From Acidobacteriota bacterium (GTDB lineage: Bacteria > Acidobacteriota > UBA6911): a stretch of 64,000 nt of DNA. The DNA lies in assembly GCA_963664705.1 (NCBI GenBank), contig OY761556.1, positions 3,744,001-3,808,000 on the forward strand, read 5' to 3'. The notes under the pieces are model-generated. The model did not search any database. It saw only the letters and a program-made list of their open reading frames with translations, and was not told where the DNA came from. The position numbers and the translations under genes are program-made. Positions within the stretch are counted from its first letter, which is position 1. Every line of letters begins with the position of its first letter. Below are positions 37,114 to 46,688 of the stretch, piece after piece.

Positions 37114-38862
37114 CTATTTCTTGGCCTGCGTCACCGAGTGGGTCTGCCCGGAAATCGTAATGGATCCGGTGCGCCGGGCTCCGGTAATAGGCGCAACCGT
37201 ATAGGTAAATGAACTGGTGCTCTGGGCCTGAATAGTAAGCCAGGATGCATTGCTTACCGGCGTCCAGGCACAGCCTGCAGGCGCGGTCACAGTCACGGTT
37301 GCCGATCCCCCCGCTGCCGCAAAGCTCTTGCTTGTCGGCGAAATGCTGCAGGTACATTGCGTTGTGGCGCTGGCAGCATTGGAGTATGCCGAATCGGCGC
37401 CGGTGATATAGGCGCGAACCCTATAGCTGTAGCTTGTGTTCGACTTCAAACCGGCACTGCTGTAGCTGGTAGCCCCGGCGGCAACGGTTGCGATTTGCGA
37501 AAAAGCGCTGCAGGCAACACCTTCACAACGCTCAATCTTGAACCCGCTTTCGTTGGATGACAGGTCTGCCCATTTGAGATTGATCTGCGTACCCGATGCG
37601 GCGGCCGCGGATAAGCTGCCCGGGGCGGAGGGAGGCTGCGGAGCCGGTGTTGTCGCAGATGCTGTAGGCGTATAGGAAGAGCTGCCTCCCGTATTGTAAC
37701 TGTTCACCCGGTAAGAATAGGTCGTATTCGCAGCGACGCTCTTATCGCTATAGCTGGCAACATTCGAGCTGACCGTGGCGATCTGGGCAAAACTGCTGCA
37801 CCCTGCACCGGAACAGCGCTCTATCTTGAAGCCGTCTTCATTGACGGAACCATCAGCCCAACCAAGATTGATCTGTGTGCTCGCTGCAGCCGAGGCCACC
37901 AGTGAACTTGGCGCCGCCGGGGCAGCCGGAAGATCGGGAATCGAATAGGCTATGGACCACTCCCCAAAATAGACAGGGCTGTTCAGCTGCGAATAGGCGA
38001 TCAGGAAATATCCGCCGCTCCCCCACCCGGTGCCCCAACTATTTTTAACCTTGAAGTATCCCCCTCCATTGACCGAAGGATCATCCGTATAACCCACGAT
38101 TAGAATTGCATGCCCACCCTGGTATGCGCCGGAGCTGTATTCGTAAACTCCGCCCGCATAGTTAAAGAAATCGGCATAGACATCCATGGTGGTCACCAGA
38201 GGGCCATAGGTGGCGAGCGCCGTCTTTAATGCACTGAGATTCGCCGGCGAGGTGTTTACCCACGACCATTTTACGACCTTTTGTACATCATTTTGCCAAC
38301 CGGTCACAGCATTGGAACAGGCGTTATTGGAGGTTGTATACGGGAAATAGGGTTCGGTCGGGAGTCCGGTAGCCTGGATATAATTGGATGCGGAATCGAT
38401 ATATCCGCCACTGCAACTACCTGCTCCGCTGCAGGATACGAGCATCTGTTCCGCTCGGTTATCATCGGTCAACGGGGTGTTGTTCTTGATCAGAAGCTGC
38501 GATTCAAGGGCAGCCGTGGTCGCGAAAGCCCAGCAGCTTCCGCAGGAACCCTGGTTTCTCACCGGAGTGACATAGCTGACCAAATCAACGGCGGAAGAAA
38601 GTCCCGTGGCGGGCGCGGAGGCAGATAAGAGCTTTTCCTTGCCGGTGAGGTGGGGCTTCATCAATCCCACACGCATCTTTTTCTCATTTTCCGGCAAAAC
38701 GGAAACTGAGGTTTCCTCGGCAACCCACTTCTGCCCTTTTGCTTTGATGGATGCCTTGATTTCGGACAGATCCTGAGCAAAAGATCCGATGCATCCGGCC
38801 ACAAACACCAACCACAGAACCGCACATATTTTCAAGCTTCGCGTCGAAATGGCTGCCTTCAT
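37114..38862 (-). CDS. Secreted papain-family (C1A) cysteine protease with two FN3 domains and a BACON-like domain
   Basis: QGSCGSCWAF, GGHAILIVGY, KNSWGTGWG; two FN3 repeats; C-terminal CAWTPVSNASWLTI; start MKAAIS after GGAG. Confidence 0.9.
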   Translation of the reverse strand: MKAAISTRSLKICAVLWLVFVAGCIGSFAQDLSEIKASIKAKGQKWVAEETSVSVLPENEKKMRVGLMKPHLTGKEKLLSASAPATGLSSAVDLVSYVTPVRNQGSCGSCWAFATTAALESQLLIKNNTPLTDDNRAEQMLVSCSGAGSCSGGYIDSASNYIQATGLPTEPYFPYTTSNNACSNAVTGWQNDVQKVVKWSWVNTSPANLSALKTALATYGPLVTTMDVYADFFNYAGGVYEYSSGAYQGGHAILIVGYTDDPSVNGGGYFKVKNSWGTGWGSGGYFLIAYSQLNSPVYFGEWSIAYSIPDLPAAPAAPSSLVASAAASTQINLGWADGSVNEDGFKIERCSGAGCSSFAQIATVSSNVASYSDKSVAANTTYSYRVNSYNTGGSSSYTPTASATTPAPQPPSAPGSLSAAAASGTQINLKWADLSSNESGFKIERCEGVACSAFSQIATVAAGATSYSSAGLKSNTSYSYRVRAYITGADSAYSNAASATTQCTCSISPTSKSFAAAGGSATVTVTAPAGCAWTPVSNASWLTIQAQSTSSFTYTVAPITGARRTGSITISGQTHSVTQAKK

Positions 38863-39005
38863 GTTGCACTCCGTTTTAATGGACTTTTCCGAACCAACGC
38901 TTCCATTATCGGAGTTATTGGTTATCAGGCTGTGATTGATACCACAAATTGCACGAATTTCACAAAAAGGTTGTGGTTTTGTTTCAAAATGGGCAACCTG
39001 TGGGA

Positions 39006-40187
39006 ATGAACATGCGTCCATTCACGCTCTACCGCTACGGTTTTCTTCTCTCTCTCCTGTTGGTCCTTTACGGAGCGCTGTTCCCTTTCAGCTTTGATCT
39101 GGCAAACTTTTCGACGTCGCACTTCAGCCTTCTGCCGTTCTGGGATGCCGAACGCGGACGGATTCACAGTATTCCCGATATGGTAAGCAATGTCCTGCTC
39201 ACTATGCCGCTGGGTTTCTTCGGAACCCTGTGGCTGGGAGGAAAACGGAAGCTGACGACAATCGGCGGGTGGTTTCTGTTCGGTCTGACCGTGGGAATTC
39301 TGGCCGAGGTCGCGCAATTGGCTATTCCGTCCAGGTTATCGGATATCACGGATGCCTTGAATAACGGCCTCGGTTCGATGGCGGGATCAATCATTGCCTG
39401 CCTGTTCGGAAAGGGCATTTCCGACCTGTTTTCGGGGACCCTGTTCGAAATCAAGGACACCTATTTTTTTATTGTTATTTTTATCCTGGGAGCAGGGATG
39501 CTTCTGCCATTTGATTTCACAATGGATGTGTCCCATTTCGGATCCAGCTTGAGACAGCTTTGGACCAACCCCTGGGAAAAGGGAATGCCGATCCAGGATG
39601 AATGGATTCAAATGGCCGAGTTCGGCATTCTGGGAGCGCTGGCAGGACGGATTGCGAAATATCGCATCATTCTTCTGGCCTTGGCTCTTCCTTTCATCCT
39701 CGAATCCATGCAGTTTCTGGTTGAATCGCATGCTCCTTCCGTTCGCGATCTGTTTATGAATGCCCTTGGAGTCGTATGCGGAATCACGATCGCTCGAACG
39801 AAACCATCGCTGGCCAGACCGGCCGCGGGATTCGCAGTGATGAATCTGGCTATCATCGCCCAGGGCCTGAGTCCCTATCATCTCGCAGCGCGCTCTCACT
39901 TTGAATGGGTTCCACTGGTGGAGTATTACAATCAAACTACCGGGGCCGCATTGTATGATGCCATGTCGGGATTATTGATTTATGGGCTGCTCACTACCCT
40001 ATGGCCCAGAAAAGCAACAATCCTTTGGGCAGTTTTACTGGCTGCGGGAATCGAGTGCGTTCAGACGTTCATCCCGGCAAGATCAGCAGGAATTACCGAC
40101 ATTCTGATTGCCGGCCTTGGAGCCTGCTCCGGATATGCAATCTTCCATAGTATTGAGGATTACGCCGGGTATACCGAAATAGGCTGA
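39006..40187 (+). CDS. VanZ-family membrane protein with repeated VanZ units
   Basis: DMVSNVLLTMPLGF, EVAQLAIPSRLSDITD, ESMQFLVESHAPSVRD, ECVQTFIPARSAGITD. Confidence 0.85.
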   Translation: MNMRPFTLYRYGFLLSLLLVLYGALFPFSFDLANFSTSHFSLLPFWDAERGRIHSIPDMVSNVLLTMPLGFFGTLWLGGKRKLTTIGGWFLFGLTVGILAEVAQLAIPSRLSDITDALNNGLGSMAGSIIACLFGKGISDLFSGTLFEIKDTYFFIVIFILGAGMLLPFDFTMDVSHFGSSLRQLWTNPWEKGMPIQDEWIQMAEFGILGALAGRIAKYRIILLALALPFILESMQFLVESHAPSVRDLFMNALGVVCGITIARTKPSLARPAAGFAVMNLAIIAQGLSPYHLAARSHFEWVPLVEYYNQTTGAALYDAMSGLLIYGLLTTLWPRKATILWAVLLAAGIECVQTFIPARSAGITDILIAGLGACSGYAIFHSIEDYAGYTEIG

Positions 40188-40191
40188 TCTC

Positions 40192-40851
40192 TTACCAGAA
40201 AATGTAAGCCCCGCGCGTAACAACCCAGAGTGCCAGAAGGAAATTTGTGATCGCGTGGGCAGCCATCGCATCTCCAAGACGACCTTTGCGTATCACAAGC
40301 CACTGATAGGCAAAAGCACACAAAATTCCGGGAAGCCATTCATAGTGGCCGACGCCAAAGACAATGCCGGCAATCAAAAATGACCTCAGGTCAAAGCGAG
40401 ACAGAGGGAGCTGCAGAAAATCGGATTTTGACAGATAGCGATAGATAAAGGACCGGTAAAAGACCTCTTCGATAGGAGGTACTACCAGGGATGATCCGAG
40501 TGTCCGCACCGCAATAAAGAACATGGCCAGTGCGGAACCGGCACCATAGGTTTTGATCGGATTGAAAGTTCCTGTGCGCGATGCCAACAGTGGATAGTGA
40601 CCGTCTAAGCCAACCCAGGCAAGAAAAACGACAATGCCGACAATCACTGCCTCCCATGAGAAATTCCAGCGCATTTCCTTTATATAGGGTCGCACGATCC
40701 ATATCATCCATGCGCCCAATAATGTCTTGAGAGCGTAGATCCAATATTGGGAGGTATCGCCGAAACGTCCCTGGAGCAAAGTAAGACCGCAAAAAAGGGC
40801 AAACGGAAGTACACGAACAAGGATAGGAGACGCCAAAATTTTATTGAACAT
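40192..40851 (-). CDS. CAAX prenyl protease-related protein (CPBP/Abi, TIGR03008-like)
   Basis: RVLPFALF, VPPIEEVFYRS, FGVGH, AHAITN; start uncertain (40851-40875). Confidence 0.88.
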   Translation of the reverse strand: MFNKILASPILVRVLPFALFCGLTLLQGRFGDTSQYWIYALKTLLGAWMIWIVRPYIKEMRWNFSWEAVIVGIVVFLAWVGLDGHYPLLASRTGTFNPIKTYGAGSALAMFFIAVRTLGSSLVVPPIEEVFYRSFIYRYLSKSDFLQLPLSRFDLRSFLIAGIVFGVGHYEWLPGILCAFAYQWLVIRKGRLGDAMAAHAITNFLLALWVVTRGAYIFW

Positions 40852-40930
40852 AGGATTTTTCAAGTTTAACCTCAATGCTTTATCGGCAGCAAGAAGAGCT
40901 TAGAAAAGTATTTTGTGCCTGGAGGCCCCA

Positions 40931-41078
40931 CTGGGAGCGTCTCGCCGGCAAAGGCGTACTCGAATGGGAGCCCATGGAGTGCAGCGCTTGCTGCCTCCTT
41001 TGAAAATCGTAAAAGCCGAAGGGCTTCGCCCTCGACAAATAGTATATGTGGCATTGGCAGGGACGGCGGCGCTCCCAG
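40931..41078. repeat. REPIN/MITE-like element (short form)
   Basis: Ends ctgggagcg... and ...cgctcccag are inverted; 41035-41078 matches 15132-15175 at 38/44 nt; internal hairpin cgaagggcttcgccctcg. Confidence 0.75.
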
Positions 41079-41103
41079 CCGGAAGATCATGGGTGAGACG
41101 ACT

Positions 41104-42477
41104 ATGTATTCAAAACGGATTGCATGCATCGGCGCCGGATATGTCGGAGGCCCCACCATGGCAGTCATCGCCATGAAGTGCCCTCAATATAAGGTCCATG
41201 TTGTTGACGTCAGCGCATCGCGCATAAATGCCTGGCAAACAGATAGTCTGCCGATCTATGAACCGGGGCTCCTGGATGTTGTTCAGGCCGCCCGCGGAAG
41301 GAATTTGTTTTTCTCCACCGATATCAATGCCGCAATTCGAGAATCAGAGATTATTTTTGTTTCCGTCAATACTCCCACCAAAACCTTCGGTGAGGGAGCC
41401 GGCAGGGCAGCCGATCTGCAGTACTGGGAAAAGGTTGCACGCGAGATTCTTCGCGAATCCAAGTCCCCCAAGATTGTCATTGAAAAAAGCACATTGCCCG
41501 TAAAAACGGCTCAAACAATGGAAAACATCCTGAACGGCAGCGGCAGGAAGGCTCAGTTTGAAGTGATTTCCAATCCGGAGTTTCTGGCTGAAGGGACCGC
41601 CGTTAAAGACCTGTTGGAACCTGATCGCGTGCTGATTGGATCGCGTGAAACTCCGTCCGGCCTCGAAGCACGACAGGAGGTCGTGGACATTTACGCAAAC
41701 TGGGTGCCACGAGAGCGGATTCTGACGAGCAATGTCTGGAGCGCCGAATTATCCAAGCTTGTTGCCAACGCATTCCTGGCGCAGAGAATATCTTCCATCA
41801 ACAGCATCTCCGCTCTGTGCGAAAAAACCGATGCGAGCGTGCAGGAAGTGGCGCGGGCAATCGGCATGGATTCACGGATCGGCAACAAGTTTCTTAACGC
41901 CAGCGTCGGGTTCGGGGGATCGTGCTTTAAAAAAGACATCCTGAACCTGGTCTATATTTGCGAATCCTACGGGCTGCACGATGTTGCGCAGTATTGGGAA
42001 TCGGTCCTCGATATCAATGAATTCCAGGAAGCCAGATTTGTGCGGACGATGATCCGGGAAATGTTCAATACCATTGTAGGGAAAAGAATCGCGCTGTTCG
42101 GGTTTGCATTCAAAGCAGATACCAGTGATACGCGGGAGTCGCCGGCTATCTACATTACCAGGAAACTGCTGGAAGAGCGGGCGCAGGTTGCGATCACGGA
42201 TCCACAGGCGCTTGAAAATGCGCGGATCGATCTTGCACAATTTTCCGAAAACCTCGAATATATCGAAGATCCGTACGAGGCGGCAAGGGGATCACACGCC
42301 ATCGCAGTGATGACTGAATGGGGACTCTACAAATCGCTCGATTGGGAAAAGATCTATAAGTCGATGGAGAAGCCCGCGTTTCTGTTTGATGGAAGGAATC
42401 TGTTGGACCACGAGGCGCTATTTAAGCTGGGATTTAATGTTTACCCTTTGGGGAGGCCAGCGCTGAAACATTTTTAG
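41104..42477 (+). CDS. ugd: UDP-glucose 6-dehydrogenase
   Basis: IACIGAGYVGGPT, SNPEFLAEG, catalytic GFGGSCFKKD; the upstream ORF extension runs through a repeat. Confidence 0.93.
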   Translation: MYSKRIACIGAGYVGGPTMAVIAMKCPQYKVHVVDVSASRINAWQTDSLPIYEPGLLDVVQAARGRNLFFSTDINAAIRESEIIFVSVNTPTKTFGEGAGRAADLQYWEKVAREILRESKSPKIVIEKSTLPVKTAQTMENILNGSGRKAQFEVISNPEFLAEGTAVKDLLEPDRVLIGSRETPSGLEARQEVVDIYANWVPRERILTSNVWSAELSKLVANAFLAQRISSINSISALCEKTDASVQEVARAIGMDSRIGNKFLNASVGFGGSCFKKDILNLVYICESYGLHDVAQYWESVLDINEFQEARFVRTMIREMFNTIVGKRIALFGFAFKADTSDTRESPAIYITRKLLEERAQVAITDPQALENARIDLAQFSENLEYIEDPYEAARGSHAIAVMTEWGLYKSLDWEKIYKSMEKPAFLFDGRNLLDHEALFKLGFNVYPLGRPALKHF

Positions 42478-42505
42478 CCGCTGACATACGCTGACGGACG
42501 CTGAT
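42478..42505 (+). repeat. Single arm of the (A)CGC[GT]GA periodic repeat family
   Basis: ccgctgacat acgctgacgg acgctgat fills the whole ugd-galE spacer. Confidence 0.65.
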
Positions 42506-43537
42506 ATGAAAATACTGGTTACAGGGGGAACGGGGTATATAGGATCTCATACCGCAGTTGAACTGATTCAAAGCGGCTATGAACCGGTCATTGTCGATAA
42601 TCTTTCGAATTCGCGGATCGAAGTGCTCGATGGGATCCAGGAGATCACACGGGTTCGTCCGGGGTTTGAGAAACTCGATCTATGCGAACTGGAGCGGCTT
42701 AGGGATTTTTGTCGCAGGAACGAAGGCCTAAAGGCAATCGTCCACTTCGCGGCATACAAGGCAGTCGGCGAATCAACGGAAAAGCCGATTGAGTACTATG
42801 AAAACAACCTCGTTTCGCTGCTGAATATTCTCCGAACGATGAAGGAATTTGGCATCCCGTTCCTGGTATTCTCTTCTTCCTGCACTGTATATGGACAGCC
42901 GGATGAGCTTCCGGTGACAGAAGAATCGCCTATAAAGCCGGCTGCCTCTCCTTATGGAAATACCAAGCAAATTTCTGAAGAAATAATTCGGGACACGATA
43001 GCCGCTTCAAGCGGATTGAAAGCCATTTCCCTTCGCTACTTCAACCCGATCGGGGCGCATCCGTCGGCATTGATTGGCGAGCTTCCGTCAGGAACACCGC
43101 TAAACCTTGTTCCCTACATCACCCAGACGGCCGCAGGAGTCAGGGATCATTTGCGGGTTTTTGGCAATGATTATGACACGCCGGATGGCTCCGGCATCCG
43201 CGACTATATCAATGTCGTCGACCTGGCCAAGGCGCATGTAAAAGCAATTGAGCGGTTGATTGGGACCCGGGCAAAGCAAGCTTACGAGGTTTTCAACCTG
43301 GGGACCGGCAAGGGACTGTCTGTTCTGGAGATCATTCAGAGCTTCGAAAAATCTACCGGGCAGAAACTCAATTACAAGATCTATCCTCGAAGACCCGGAG
43401 ATATTGCCTGCGTCTACGCGGATACTTCTCTGGCGAATCGGGAACTGGGGTGGAAAACAGAAACAACTCTGGAGGATACTCTTCGTTCCGCCTGGAATTG
43501 GGAAAACCACATAAGAGGGACCGCGGAGGGACGCTGA
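42506..43537 (+). CDS. galE: UDP-glucose 4-epimerase
   Basis: GGTGYIGSH, HFAAYKAVGES, YGNTK, LRYFNPIGAH. Confidence 0.96.
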   Translation: MKILVTGGTGYIGSHTAVELIQSGYEPVIVDNLSNSRIEVLDGIQEITRVRPGFEKLDLCELERLRDFCRRNEGLKAIVHFAAYKAVGESTEKPIEYYENNLVSLLNILRTMKEFGIPFLVFSSSCTVYGQPDELPVTEESPIKPAASPYGNTKQISEEIIRDTIAASSGLKAISLRYFNPIGAHPSALIGELPSGTPLNLVPYITQTAAGVRDHLRVFGNDYDTPDGSGIRDYINVVDLAKAHVKAIERLIGTRAKQAYEVFNLGTGKGLSVLEIIQSFEKSTGQKLNYKIYPRRPGDIACVYADTSLANRELGWKTETTLEDTLRSAWNWENHIRGTAEGR

Positions 43538-43599
43538 TTACGCGGAGGACGCGGATAAATATCCGCGTCCTCCAGCGTAGTCGGCGTGTGTCCGCGGTT
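43518..43599. repeat. 9-bp-periodic inverted-repeat hairpin (GxxExxY-arm family)
   Basis: ggaccgcggagggacgctgattacgcggaggacgcggat...atccgcgtcctccagcgtagtcggcgtgtgtccgcggtt; contains the galE stop and overlaps the stop of the convergent dehydrogenase. Confidence 0.85.
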
Positions 43600-44884
43600 A
43601 CGATTTTAGGACCTGGCCCGGTTTGGTTTTGATGCCGGCCATGGCATTGCGAGTGTCCACAATGCAGTTCGCCCAATCCGCCAATTCCTGATAATTGACG
43701 GCTTCATGCTGCGTCGAGATCAGAACCACATCATACTTCGATACTTCTTCACGAGACCAGTTCACCGACTTCAATCCTGCATAATGCCCGTGCTCACGGG
43801 AAGGACGGATCACAGGAATAAAAGGATCGTAGAAGCTGACCTGAGCGCCGCGCTTTTTCAATAGATCCATTAAAACATAGCTCGGCGATTCGCGATCGTC
43901 ATCAACATCTGCCTTATATGCAATACCAAGAATCAGGACTTCAGACCCATTCAGAGCTTTCTTCCGCGTGTTCAACGCCTCACCGACCTTATTTACAACA
44001 TATTCGGGCATCGAGGTATTGATCTCGCCGGCCAGCTCGATGAATCTTGTGTGCTGCCCGTATTCCCTTGCCTTCCAGGTCAAATAAAAGGGATCGATCG
44101 GAATGCAGTGCCCGCCCAATCCGGGACCAGGATAAAAGGGCATGAAGCCAAACGGCTTTGTCTTAGCGGAATTGATCACTTCCCAGACGTCAATATCCAT
44201 GGCGTCATAAACGACCTTCAGCTCATTGACCAGCGCGATATTGACTGCGCGGAATGTGTTTTCGAGCAGCTTGGTCGCTTCGGCAGCCCGGCAGGAAGAC
44301 ACGGGAACAATCGTTTTGATCGCTTTGCCATATAGGGCAACCGCCTTATTCAGGCATTCGGGAGTCAATCCGCCGACTACTTTTGGAATCAGCGCAACCT
44401 TGCTGTCCGGATTGCCGGGGTCTTCGCGTTCCGGTGAGAACGCAAGGTGGAAGTCGACGCCGGCTTTCATTCCTGATCCGGCTTCGAGCACATCCTTCAG
44501 GTCTTCATCGGTCGTCCCCGGGTACGTCGTCGATTCGAGAACCACCAGGCAACCCTTTTTCATATGCGGAGCAATAGCCTTACCGGTATCAACAATGTAG
44601 CTGATATCGGGTTCGCGATTTTTGTTCAGCGGGGTTGGAACCGCAATGACAACAGCCTCGGTTTTGGCGACCTGCGAAAAATCTGTGAACGCTTTGAAAC
44701 TCCCGGCATTCACCATTTCGGCGATCTCGGAAGCTTCGATGTGTTTGATATAGCTCTTTCCGGCATTGAGAGCGTCTACTTTAGCTTTGTCAACGTCCAA
44801 GCCCAGCACTTCCACCCCGTTTCGGGCAAACTGCAGGGAGAGAGGGAGCCCAACGTATCCAAGTCCAACAACCGCAATTTTCAT
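43598..44884 (-). CDS. UDP-N-acetyl-hexosamine 6-dehydrogenase (WbpA/WecC-like)
   Basis: MKIAVVGLGYVGLPL, SPEREDPGN, GPGLGGHCIPIDP. Confidence 0.92.
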   Translation of the reverse strand: MKIAVVGLGYVGLPLSLQFARNGVEVLGLDVDKAKVDALNAGKSYIKHIEASEIAEMVNAGSFKAFTDFSQVAKTEAVVIAVPTPLNKNREPDISYIVDTGKAIAPHMKKGCLVVLESTTYPGTTDEDLKDVLEAGSGMKAGVDFHLAFSPEREDPGNPDSKVALIPKVVGGLTPECLNKAVALYGKAIKTIVPVSSCRAAEATKLLENTFRAVNIALVNELKVVYDAMDIDVWEVINSAKTKPFGFMPFYPGPGLGGHCIPIDPFYLTWKAREYGQHTRFIELAGEINTSMPEYVVNKVGEALNTRKKALNGSEVLILGIAYKADVDDDRESPSYVLMDLLKKRGAQVSFYDPFIPVIRPSREHGHYAGLKSVNWSREEVSKYDVVLISTQHEAVNYQELADWANCIVDTRNAMAGIKTKPGQVLKS

Positions 44885-45135
44885 GTAAGAGTCCTTTCCG
44901 GGGAGACTAAGCGAACGACCGCCATAGTCTAGCACAGACCATATCGGCAGTTTGGCCACAGATTCCACTGATTGCAGAGATAAAAAAAGCGGCCGGTGCT
45001 CTTGAGAATGCCAATTTGCAGTTGAAATACGGCTGCCTGTCAGAATAGGCTTGCCCATTCAGTCAAACTGCGGCTCAATTTGGGCCATTTTGCGAAGGCT
45101 TATGTTTTTGCGGGCGTAGACCGAAGAGAGAAGAC

Positions 45136-46206
45136 ATGAATAAAATACTTCACGTTGTCGGAGCACGACCTAATTTCATGAAAGTGGCGCCGGTTCACGC
45201 GGCATTCGCCCGTTGTGGAGTGCGGCAGATACTTGTTCATACTGGACAACACTACGACGCCTTCATGTCGGATATTTTCTTCCAGCAGCTGGGCATCCCC
45301 GAACCGGACTACAATCTCAGCGTTGGTTCCGGCAGTCATGCACAACAGACAGCCGAAATCATGTCTCGTCTCGAACCGGTCATCCTTGAAACCAAACCGG
45401 AGGTGGTACTCGTATACGGGGATGTGAATTCCACGATTGCCGCCGCCCTCGTGTGCTCCAAGCTCCTCGTTCCGATTGGACATGTCGAAGCCGGGCTTCG
45501 ATCTTTCGACCGAACAATGCCGGAAGAGGTCAACCGCATCCTGACCGACCGTGTGGCGGATTATCTTTTTACCCCATCCCAGGATGGCGACGAGAATCTC
45601 TTACGGGAAGGAGTAGCTCCGGAAAAGATTTCCTTCGTAGGCAACGTGATGATCGATACGGTCATCCGGCTGCTGCCCCATGCAAAAATTCCGGCGGGAC
45701 TGGCGGAAAATCCTTATGTGCTTGTGACTCTGCATCGGCCATCCAACGTGGACGATCCCAAGGAATTAACGAAAATTCTAGGAACGTTGAATGAAATAGC
45801 GGCTGGGATCGAGATCATTTTCCCCGTTCACCCTCGAACGAGGCAAATGATGAAGGACCTGTCCCTCAATAGCCTGTCCCCCAATTTCAGATTTGTGGAT
45901 CCAATCGGCTATGTGGAATTCCTGGGGCTTCAGCAAAAAGCCTCGCTGGTGATCACGGATTCCGGCGGCATCCAGGAAGAAACCACGTTCCTTGGAGTGC
46001 ACTGCCTGACAGTGCGGGAAAATACCGAGCGCCCGGTCACGGTTACCATTGGAACCAACAAGCTCGTGGGAAGAGATATGAATCTGCTGCAAACAGAGGC
46101 CCAGAAGATCCTCTCCGGGAAAGGCAAGAAAGGAAATATCCCTCCTTTATGGGATGGAAAGTCCGGGGAGAGAATCGCCGCTATTTTAACGTCGGATATG
46201 CGCTGA
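45136..46206 (+). CDS. wecB: UDP-N-acetylglucosamine 2-epimerase (non-hydrolysing)
   Basis: VVGARPNFMK, HTGQHYD, HVEAGLRS, TDSGGIQEE. Confidence 0.94.
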   Translation: MNKILHVVGARPNFMKVAPVHAAFARCGVRQILVHTGQHYDAFMSDIFFQQLGIPEPDYNLSVGSGSHAQQTAEIMSRLEPVILETKPEVVLVYGDVNSTIAAALVCSKLLVPIGHVEAGLRSFDRTMPEEVNRILTDRVADYLFTPSQDGDENLLREGVAPEKISFVGNVMIDTVIRLLPHAKIPAGLAENPYVLVTLHRPSNVDDPKELTKILGTLNEIAAGIEIIFPVHPRTRQMMKDLSLNSLSPNFRFVDPIGYVEFLGLQQKASLVITDSGGIQEETTFLGVHCLTVRENTERPVTVTIGTNKLVGRDMNLLQTEAQKILSGKGKKGNIPPLWDGKSGERIAAILTSDMR

Positions 46207-46227
46207 CCACGCCAACGGGGCACAGCG

Positions 46228-46662
46228 CTAATTTTCGGAAGCTTCTTTGATGCAGTCCAGGACATCCGCCGTGGCCAGACGCCAGCTAAAATCGCTTTCA
46301 CACTGATCCAGGAGAGCTGAAAGCATCTTCAGGCCACGTCGCAATGCATCGCGGAAACCTGCGCTGGCAGCACGTTCGCCGGCATTCATCAGCATCATCC
46401 GCAAACCCTGGGCAATTTCGTACAGGGCGCTGAAGCCCCAGCTGTCCGCTTCGACGCACAGCTGTTCCAGCTTGTCAGAAGCTCGCTGCCATTGTTCGGC
46501 CGCCGAGTCCCGCTGCACTTCCTCGAGCAATTCGCGGCAAAAATCCACAAACTGATATAGGGAACGAAGCTTAAGCTGCAGCTCCAGGGTAAGAACCGAG
46601 AGGAACTCTCGCCTCCCCTTCGTTATTTCCGTGAGAAAATCAGGAATGACCGGTACCTGCAT
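46228..46662 (-). CDS. Small helical protein, Hpt-like but lacking His
   Basis: LEQLCVEADSWGFSALYEIAQGL aligns by eye with the Hpt pattern AHxLKGSAGxxGFxxLxxxAxxL; strong upstream promoter. Confidence 0.6.
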   Translation of the reverse strand: MQVPVIPDFLTEITKGRREFLSVLTLELQLKLRSLYQFVDFCRELLEEVQRDSAAEQWQRASDKLEQLCVEADSWGFSALYEIAQGLRMMLMNAGERAASAGFRDALRRGLKMLSALLDQCESDFSWRLATADVLDCIKEASEN

Positions 46663-46688
46663 AGGCCAAGGATCCGGGGTAATGGTTT

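Noticed and set aside
40915-41103. N-terminal extensions of ugd (also of prsT1 17224-17322, dehydrogenase 44885-45058, protease 38863-39021, PEP-CTERM 59920-60045)
   Set aside because: They run through repeats or promoter DNA; family motifs or signal peptides begin at downstream ATGs
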